A stretch of 60,113 nt of DNA from Chara braunii (taxonomy: Eukaryota > Plantae > Charophyceae): contig BFEA01000027.1 of assembly GCA_003427395.1 (NCBI GenBank), positions 4,406,882 through 4,466,994 on the forward strand, in the 5' to 3' direction. Below the pieces are notes generated by a model that did no database searches, was not told where the DNA came from, and was given only the letters and a program-made list of their open reading frames with translations. Positions 52,381-60,113 of this stretch are shown one piece after another. A program made the position numbers and the translations under genes. The first letter of the stretch is position 1; each line of letters starts with the position of its first letter.

Positions 52381-53502
52381 TCATGGCCATTGCCAGAATA
52401 CTTTGAGTTGGTGAGATTTCTTCTCCGATCCCGCAGATCCTGGATCGCGATCGTCCCCGTTCCACGAGCCACAGCCATTACGTGTGCCCCACGATCCACT
52501 CTCCACGTTTGCCCCCCAGGACCCACAAACCGCGGTGCCAGTCCCACTCCACGATGCCGGCCCTGCTATGGTCCCGTCCCATGAGCTGCAGTCAGCGCTC
52601 CCGCTGCAGGATCCGGCTCCACCCCATGACCCAACCACTTCAGTATCGCTGAGGTCTTCTGCCCTCATCGGGCCCATGCTACCTGACACAGATGACAAGC
52701 CACCCCAAGAGCCGACCATAGCCTCGAAATTGCTAACGCCCCCGCTGACTGCCTTCTTCACTCCTACATTGCCGGACACCAACGACGGTTCAACTCCACG
52801 AACAAATATTGCAATCTGCGTAGCATATCCTTCATCCCCTGGGGGACCGCCATTCAACACTCCTACCCCATCGAACCACACTGTGTACCCATGTTTCACA
52901 GCAAGAGGCGTTGCCCATTTCCTGAATTCTTCTCGAGTCCATTCGAACCGGTGGTCGTCGTTCCTTAGCTTCACAGTGGACCAGTCCTCTGCAATTCCTC
53001 GCTTACTAGCAACCCCATTCTTCTGCTGGGAGGGGGAACCACTGGCACTTGTACACCTCTGATCAACGGTTGAATGAGAGGTGGGGCTACTACGCAGGGC
53101 CTCTTCAAGGCCTCCAATCACTCGGTTGCCGCCTCCCACCCGACAACGTGCAGTTTGATCCGCCCGTCCGCTTGACGATTCCTTCCTGCAAGAATTACCA
53201 CTGCCCGCTGGAACAACTCCACCCTGAGAAGCTCCAATACCAGTGCTTTCCTTGTTTGCAGCAAGAGTGACCGCATTCGATGACGAAGAGACTCCGCCAG
53301 ATTCGAAGGACAATGGTGGCTGAATGCTGTTCCGGACAACTCCACCACCTCCTTCCCCCTTTCTCTGTGTTCGCCTCTCAGCAAAAAACAGAGGGTTGAA
53401 CTCAATGTTCGGCGTGGACACGATGAGCACCCTAGGCATCATTCCCCCGAGAACGCTGTCGCCAACCTTCACAAGATCCTCCTCATCCATATGCTCGACG
53501 AC
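52381..53502 (-). CDS. HEN1: Small RNA 2'-O-methyltransferase HEN1, last coding exon
   Basis: ttgcag|VVEHM, STPNIEFNP, LRNDDHRFEWTREEF.KWA, FDGVG, GYATQIAIF, terminal KVFWQW. 1122 bp open frame, phase 0. Confidence 0.95.
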   Translation of the reverse strand, partial: VVEHMDEEDLVKVGDSVLGGMMPRVLIVSTPNIEFNPLFFAERRTQRKGEGGGGVVRNSIQPPLSFESGGVSSSSNAVTLAANKESTGIGASQGGVVPAGSGNSCRKESSSGRADQTARCRVGGGNRVIGGLEEALRSSPTSHSTVDQRCTSASGSPSQQKNGVASKRGIAEDWSTVKLRNDDHRFEWTREEFRKWATPLAVKHGYTVWFDGVGVLNGGPPGDEGYATQIAIFVRGVEPSLVSGNVGVKKAVSGGVSNFEAMVGSWGGLSSVSGSMGPMRAEDLSDTEVVGSWGGAGSCSGSADCSSWDGTIAGPASWSGTGTAVCGSWGANVESGSWGTRNGCGSWNGDDRDPGSAGSEKKSHQLKVFWQWP

Positions 53503-54056
53503 CTGCAAATGCATCCAACATGCTCAGTGCCCAATGTGAATCACACAGTCCATGCTGGCGCACACCCCGGTAGAGACCCTTTATGCCGCACACGAAAAGA
53601 AGAAGAACAACTGCACCGCAAACAACTGAGCCTACAGACTCTTCCCACTGAGCACAGGGAAAGATGACCATAATAGCACAGAAATCAATAGAGAGCTATA
53701 TATAATATATATACAATATCCTTCTCTGCCTTTATGCTGAGAAGATGACATTTGTTCTGGGAACTTCTGACCAGTTTTCCTCCCTCGCTCCATTTCACAA
53801 CGTTCTACATGCACTTGGACACTTTCTGGACCGATAAATTCAAAAACTTTGGAATTGTCACAATGCACCTGGTCCAGAAACCGTCCAGATGCATGTAGAG
53901 TGCTGTGTGGTGGAGCGAGGCCCTATATGTCATCCCTGGTCATTTGGAAACAAAACAAACAAACAAACAAACAAACAAACAGAAAAAAACAGAGGGCAAA
54001 ACAAAACCAGCAACGCCACAGGCTTCGAGTCATGAGCTGTGGATGAAGGGCATTAA

Positions 54057-54205
54057 CCCACCAGTACATCCAGCTATCGGCCGCTGTCCCTTTTTGGAGG
54101 TCGCCCGCCGCTGATTCAATTTATCTACGGCGCTGCGCCTCCTAAATTTTCGTACACGATGAGGCTTTTATTTGCCCAGCAAGGCTGGGGCCGTGTACTG
54201 GCGGT
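54057..54205. mobile_element. TTAA MITE in a HEN1 intron
   Basis: TTAA|cccaccagtaca ... tgtactggcggt|TTAA. Confidence 0.7.
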
Positions 54206-54587
54206 TTAAACTCTTAGGGGCGCACCCAGAAGTCCTGAGGCCAATAACTTGCTAAACAGCGAGAACCAGATTGAGTCCTTCCCCAGAAAAAGTCTACAAT
54301 CAGGCTCCACAGGATCCAACGAACGAAGAGCCTACGGTTCTATATAAGTGAACCATGGGCACATATTGCACACAAATAAAAGGACTCAAAACGTGTAGAT
54401 CTCACACAAATCCAAAGGCTCAGAAAATGTTTCCAGGCACATCCAGAGCTACTGGGTCCAGGCATACCCCAGATCACAGCCACATGTCAGCCGCTTAGAC
54501 GAGTCAATTTCAGCCCTTCAAAAAGGGGCAAGAGGAGCCAGACCAGGCCAGTCCAAGCACCGGCATTACGAGGACAGCACCAGCAAG

Positions 54588-54621
<34 letters not shown>

Positions 54622-54658
54622 AGAGAGAGAGAGAGAGGGGGAGAGAGAGAGAGAGAGA

Positions 54659-54691
54659 TCTTATACACATCTAGATGTGTATAAGAGACAG
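54659..54691. other. Nextera mate-pair junction adapter (assembly artefact)
   Basis: tcttatacacatct-agatgtgtataagagacag is two inverted Tn5 mosaic ends. Confidence 0.97.
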
Positions 54692-55096
54692 GTGTGTGTG
54701 TGTGTGAGAGAGAGCCTGCTTCCAACAACAGAATGAAACCACCACAACCTTGCAGGGTCACCTTTCTCCCGAAGTAGCTGTGGTTTGTCAACCGGATCTG
54801 TGCTTATGTGTGTGAGAGAGAGAGGGGGGCAGCATGGCTATGTAGGACGTGCTCATGCACCGTAGCTGAGAGAAGAGAGAAAAAGGGGGTATGGACCGAA
54901 TCTCACAATACCGGATTGGTAAACAGAGAGAGATTATTGGGCATAACAACCCTGACCTCATAAATCGCAGAACTAGGAATTTCACCCAAATGTCCCAAAA
55001 AGTTGCAAAACACAGCTATGGGGAAAAAGTACGAAAAAGTTGAAAACTTCAAAAAAAAGGAAAACAAAACAAAAAGACACACGCCAAAAAACTCAC

Positions 55097-55237
55097 CTCA
55101 AGGCAGGTCGCGAGATCGAATCCACGCAACCTGGCATCTGGTTCATTTATAGATCCCTCATACAGCACAATAGACTCGGGCAATGACGATGCCCTGCAAA
55201 CTGATGCCTCACTATCTGTGACCTTTGTCTTGAGCAC
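55097..55237 (-). CDS. HEN1: HEN1 penultimate coding exon
   Basis: ttctcag|VLK...IVLYEGSINEPDARLRGFDLATCLE|gtgagt. 141 bp, phase 0/0; joins to form CLEVVEH. Confidence 0.93.
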
Positions 55238-55564
55238 CTGAGAAGAGTGCCACACCAATCACCATCGTCATTTTTGGAATCAGTGTGGCACATGTCTGCA
55301 CATGTGTATCATCCTCATGCACTCCCCATCTGTCCCTTTCCCCCACCCACTTCCTAATCGTGTTCACTCTCCATTTACTGCTTGAAGCTTTGACACCCCT
55401 CCCCCCTCCGCCCTCCCAATTTCCTTCTTTGTTTCTCATTCCGTCTACCTGCCTATGCTTGCAGAATATAATTGCCAATTCAATGCCAAATAATTTGGTA
55501 CACCCATGACCTGTTGAAATAGAGACCTGAGTTTCGAATTCGGATGCGACCAGATGAGCCCAAG

Positions 55565-55640
55565 TGGGCTAGCTCAGTTGGTTGAGCACGTAAGTGGCAC
55601 TCAGGAGGTTGTGTGTTCGATACTCGACGTAGTCCTTTCG
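55565..55640 (+). mobile_element. tRNA-derived SINE head or tRNA pseudogene in a HEN1 intron
   Basis: A-box tagctcagttggt and B-box gttcgatac; no clean acceptor stem. Confidence 0.6.
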
Positions 55641-56072
55641 ATTCCGCGGCCTGCTAGGGTATGCTTCGGGTTCACCAGCGGAGACAATTGGATTCAGCTT
55701 CTTGGCTGGTCGTGGAAACGATTGTAGCTCTCTTTCCAGCCTATGACAGGTGTTATGAGCTTGGGTGCTGCGCCCCGCACAGAGCAGAATGAGGGGCTGC
55801 TATCAACCATCATAACCCTTGAGGGCCGCCCAGATTGTGTGCATGCATACATAGGCTTCGCTGAAAATGCAACTGGACAAGGAGTAGATAGGTAGTTAGG
55901 AAGAGATATAATGAGAGAAGGACACCGCTATGATCATGGTTGCTGCGGTGAAATACGCTTGGGTCAATTCTACCATTTGCAGATCACACTCGGATCGACG
56001 TCAGTCACAGTTATGGCGTCCTTCGTAGCTGAGGCGCGGATGCCGGCGTAGTTGCCGAGCTCGGAATCAGAG

Positions 56073-56298
56073 TGAGCCGATGTGTGGATAAATGGCATGC
56101 ACGGATGCGGGCGGTGGACCGCATGCGCACGAAAAGAAGTTGACTTTGCATTTTACTGGGGGAGCGTGCGCGGTATGTTCAGCGGCCAGAGCGCAACTCT
56201 CAGAGGGATTAGGTGGGTGCAACATTAAAGGCCAGCAGCGGGCATACCTCTGACATGATAGGCGGTATGCCGGTGGCAAGCATGGTCGAGACCCCTAC
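56073..56298 (+). other. Possible organellar group II intron domain V-VI remnant
   Basis: gagccgatgtg...gcatgcacgg resembles domain V; segment ends ...acccctac. Confidence 0.3.
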
Positions 56299-57860
56299 GC
56301 GGCGAAGTGCATGACTATATCTTCAACCAGAGAGATAGAATGGTTGCTGTGCATATAGCCTCTGAGGATCCAACTCGTAATAATCAACGATTCCAAATAT
56401 TCAACGTCATGACAATTGAATTACAACTTTGGTTTATAGTACTTTATACTTAATATAGGGAAGTTTTTCAAAAAAAAAGAACAAAAAAAAAAAGAACACT
56501 CAGTCATTACATCTGAACTTGTGGCAACTTCCAGTCCAGACGCAGCGATAATTTGAGAATTTGTTCGATTTCCGATAGGTGATCATCGGCACAAGTCATT
56601 CTGTTCCTTTTCAAAAGAACCAAAGAGATGCTTGCCATTAACCAAAAAGAAAAAAGAAAATGATCCCTTGTCGCGAAGTTATCAAACCGGGCATTCTATT
56701 CAGGGGAAGATGGTAGTAGCAGTCCTGTGCACAGATATGGAAAGGGAAAGCGCACATGACAGAAAGCAACGGGTCCACTGATCCTCGTAGCCAAATCGAA
56801 GGCAGCAATTTCATAGTACCAGTGCTGGCCGGTCCTAAAGCCACCATGGCTATGCAGTCGTTGTAGCAGTCAAATCCAAAGCCTACTGTCTTCCTCCAAA
56901 TACAACGCACCCTCATTTTGGCTGTACCTGACTGGAAACAAAGCTTGTGTACATGCATTATCAGGGTGCACTATGTTCGGGGCAAGACGGTAGTCGTCAC
57001 AGGCATGACTACTATGAAGGCTACCATGGCTGTGTAGCAGTAGTCCACAAGGGAGTAGGCATAAGCTAAGCAGGTAGAGGCAGATGGGAACTCTACATAT
57101 AGTCTCTGAAGCTAGGTGGAAGAAGTGACTCAAATTAGGGAAGGACGTCGTTGAGGTATACCGGCTATCGTGGAAAGAGATGGGATGGGCATGATAGTAT
57201 CGCATTATCGACTGAATATCTGTGTCGAGCACGAGTCAGTCTCCACCATAGTTACATATGCAATCAGCAAAGGAGTGATAGAGGCGTAGGAGGAGAGGAA
57301 TGACAGAGAGACCTGAAAGAGAGCTCTTTGGCTGCTGGTTGTTCATTTTATTCATGAATTACAGTATGAAATTGTCTAACTTACAGAAGAGCAGGTGAAG
57401 ACAAAAGGAGGAGGAGATGGCATTTGAATTTTGAGAGTTTTTGACGCAATCTTGTGTTCTTTTTCGGCCTTCATTCCTCGTTCTTCTCCTTCCCTGGTCT
57501 AAAAAAACCCACTTATTCTCATCTTGTAAAATATTGCAGTGTCTCAGGGTTGTCTAACTTGTCTTGCATTGTGAATTGAGAATTAAAATCATTTAATTTG
57601 ATTTGAAGTTTAAACCGCCAGTAGTACCCATGAGCTGCTGCCACTGCCGAGCCTATCCACGGCTGGTGCCGGCTCTGTGGGAGGACAGGCCGAGAAAAGA
57701 GCTGTGGTTAGCTTGAAAAAAAACAAAGAAAAAATGGGAAAAGAGAACAAAAAGAACGTGACGAGGGGTGGCTTTGGCCTACTGGTTGCCAGCTGGCATT
57801 GGCCATTCGGCTGGAAGCAGCCGTTATTTTCGGTGAAAGTTCCGTGAAACTTATTTTTTA

Positions 57861-57910
57861 ATGTGCGTCATCCTTGCACGTGAGCCATGCTAATCTTCTC
57901 TGTATCGTTC
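57861..57910 (-). pseudogene. U6: U6 snRNA fragment
   Basis: Reverse complement gaacgatacagagaagattagcatggctcacgtgcaaggatgacgcaca contains the ACAGAGA box, AGC triad and ISL. 5' stem-loop missing; followed by an A-run. Confidence 0.88.
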
Positions 57911-59446
57911 AGGGTAATCTGGCCGGCCGTCGGCGGGCCCGGAACCGTAGGCGGCTGACCTGCCTACGGTAGGCGCTGTCGGTGCCGACTGGTAGGCGAC
58001 CGGTAGGCACCCCGCAGTTGGGGAAAAACATTGGCCGGGGTCCTACCGGGCCCGCAGTGCGCCGTCAGCCTCACCAACCGAGACTGGGCCCCGGGAAGCT
58101 TCGTAGGCTCCAGAAAAGTGAGAGCAGAGCAGCACTTCACACCATTTTGCTGCTATCACTTTCGTAGAGCGTCGGTGCCTAGCCCTGCATTGGTTCCCCT
58201 ATTTACTTCTGTTCTCGAACCCCCCCCAAACACCATTTTTCTGCTCTCACTTTCGTAGAGAGCAGAGCAGCACTTCACACCATTTTGCTGCTCTCACTTT
58301 CGTTGAGCGTCGGTGTCCAGCCCTGCATTGGTTCCCCTCTTTACTTCTGTTCTTGAACCCCTCCAAACACCCCCTCTTTACTTCTGTTCTCGAACCCCCC
58401 AAACACAGCCTGAACCTCCTCCAGAGAACCCCCAAATCNNNNNNNNNNNNNNNNNNNNNNNNNNNNNNNNNNNNNNNNNNNNNNNNNNNNNNNNNNNNNN
58501 NNNNNNNNNNNNNNNNNNNNNNNNNNNNNNNNNNNNNNNNNNNNNNNNNNNNNNNNNNNNNNNNNNNNNNNNNNNNNNNNNNNNNNNNNNNNNNNNNNNN
58601 NNNNNNNNNNNNNNNNNNNNNNNNNNNNNNNNNNNNNNNNNNNNNNNNNNNNNNNNNNNNNNNNNNNNNNNNNNNNNNNNNNNNNNNNNNNNNNNNNNNN
58701 NNNNNNNNNNNNNNNNNNNNNNNNNNNNNNNNNNNNNNNNNNNNNNNNNNNNNNNNNNNNNNNNNNNNNNNNNNNNNNNNNNNNNNNNNNNNNNNNNNNN
58801 NNNNNNNNNNNNNNNNNNNNNNNNNNNNNNNNNNNNNNNNNNNNNNNNNNNNGCACCCCTGGTACCGTTCCAGACTGTCCGGGTCCGGTGATATCCGGGT
58901 GTCCGGTAATGTCCGGATCACCGGATAGTCCGGACCGGTCCAGACACTGGTCCGGAAGTGTCCGGTGTCCGGGACCGGGGTTACCATGGGATACGTGCAG
59001 CGCAATGTCAGCTACTAATTTTGTTTCCTTCAACACAGCCTTCGCTCCATTGCAAGACTGGAAAAGTGCCCTGTTGCTGTCCTGACATTGAAAGGACAGC
59101 ACCGCAGTCTTCGTTTCTTTTTATTTCCATGGTTCTACAGATAACATAGAGAAGGGAAAACGCACAACTGTCGATCTCGCTTCTCCTGCTTGAAAAATTT
59201 GAGCCCAGCCCAAAGCTGCGCCGACACTGTGAAGAGACCTCCGAGCATGCTGGAGGCCCAAAAACGTTAGCTGCACAAGGTACTGACAGTTCGCGTGGAT
59301 TTCGTTTTTTCCGCTGCTGTTTTTTACACAAGCTAGGAACCAATTGAAAAAGAAGAAACCAAAACCCAGAAGAAAAGAACAAAAAAAAAAAAAAAAAAAA
59401 AGTTAAAAAAACAAAACCCAGGGATTGACGGGACATTGTTGCTTAC

Positions 59447-59560
59447 TTTCGCTCCTCTTTGCAGTCCCTTTCCAGAAATATCAATGCCGGCCACATGTTT
59501 CACAGGCGAATGACCAACAACTGCCTCCAATAACGATGCAGCACCGCAACCTAAATCAAT
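59447..59560 (-). CDS. HEN1: HEN1 exon with SAM-binding motif I (upstream exons lie beyond the window)
   Basis: tttacag|IDLGCGAASLL...VAGIDISGKGLQRGAK|gtaagc. 114 bp, phase 0/0. Confidence 0.93.
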
Positions 59561-60018
59561 CTGTAAATGGAGACACAAAAATGAGGAACAAAGTTCAACA
59601 GACAGCGCTTACGCATGTTAAAGAATGGAGAACTCAGCAAAAGAACAAACTCACAACAGCGAGACAGAGAAGAGGAACAAAGCAGGGAGGGAGGGAGGGC
59701 AAAAAGAAAGGAAGGGAGGAAGTCCAAGCCCTAAAAATGTCTGAACAAGAGTTCAAGCTACATCCAAAGCACCCCCACTATATCAATGCACATGCATCGG
59801 CAGATTCGCTATAGTTTGACAGCCCTCCCCAACCATCAACATATATCAAGATGCGCAAGATAAAAGCCACATCGAAATCTATCAAAGTTAATAGACGCAC
59901 CTCAATAACACCTCCATCTCTTATTCAGAATCCCCGTGCGCATTCATCCCCATTGCACTCTCTTGGAGAAAGGGAAATTCCAGCCCAATGTGGTTAAGTC
60001 AGTCAGCCAGTCAGCCTG

Positions 60019-60111
<93 letters not shown>
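60019..60111. repeat. (CT)n(CA)n compound microsatellite
   Basis: Visible directly in the sequence. Confidence 0.97.

Positions 60112-60113
<2 letters not shown>

Noticed and set aside
55565-55640. Functional tRNA gene
   Set aside because: A and B boxes are present, but acceptor and anticodon stems do not pair and there is no terminator. Treated as a SINE head or pseudogene.
57910-58989. hAT-like element with cagggtaatc / ggttaccatg ends
   Set aside because: The ends are similar but the flanks show no TSD, and an N-gap separates them.

Overview
Repeat-rich eukaryotic nuclear DNA with several N-gaps and many microsatellites. The content fits a streptophyte alga such as Chara, but that is an inference. 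The only clear host gene is the 3' part of HEN1 (small-RNA 2'-O-methyltransferase; three minus-strand exons at 59447-59560, 55097-55237 and 52381-53502), whose C-terminal insertion carries seven SWxG/SWG repeats resembling Argonaute hooks. The centre of the window is a nested insertion. A decayed chromodomain Ty3/Gypsy element is split inside its integrase by a 16.1-kb element with terminal inverted repeats (TIRs) and an 8-bp target-site duplication (TSD). That element contains (i) a noncoding LTR-like region with an array of 25 regularly spaced hairpins sharing a near-invariant 7-nt loop on different, compensated stems, and (ii) a Penelope-like retroelement with N-terminal GIY-YIG, RT and pseudo-LTRs carrying hammerhead ribozyme folds. 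Also present: L1-like remnants, TA- and TTAA-target MITEs, tRNA-derived SINE heads, a U6 fragment, organellar insertions (cox2, ycf3, group II intron RT, trnI, LSU rRNA) and a Nextera mate-pair adapter artefact. All calls were made by eye; no searches were run.
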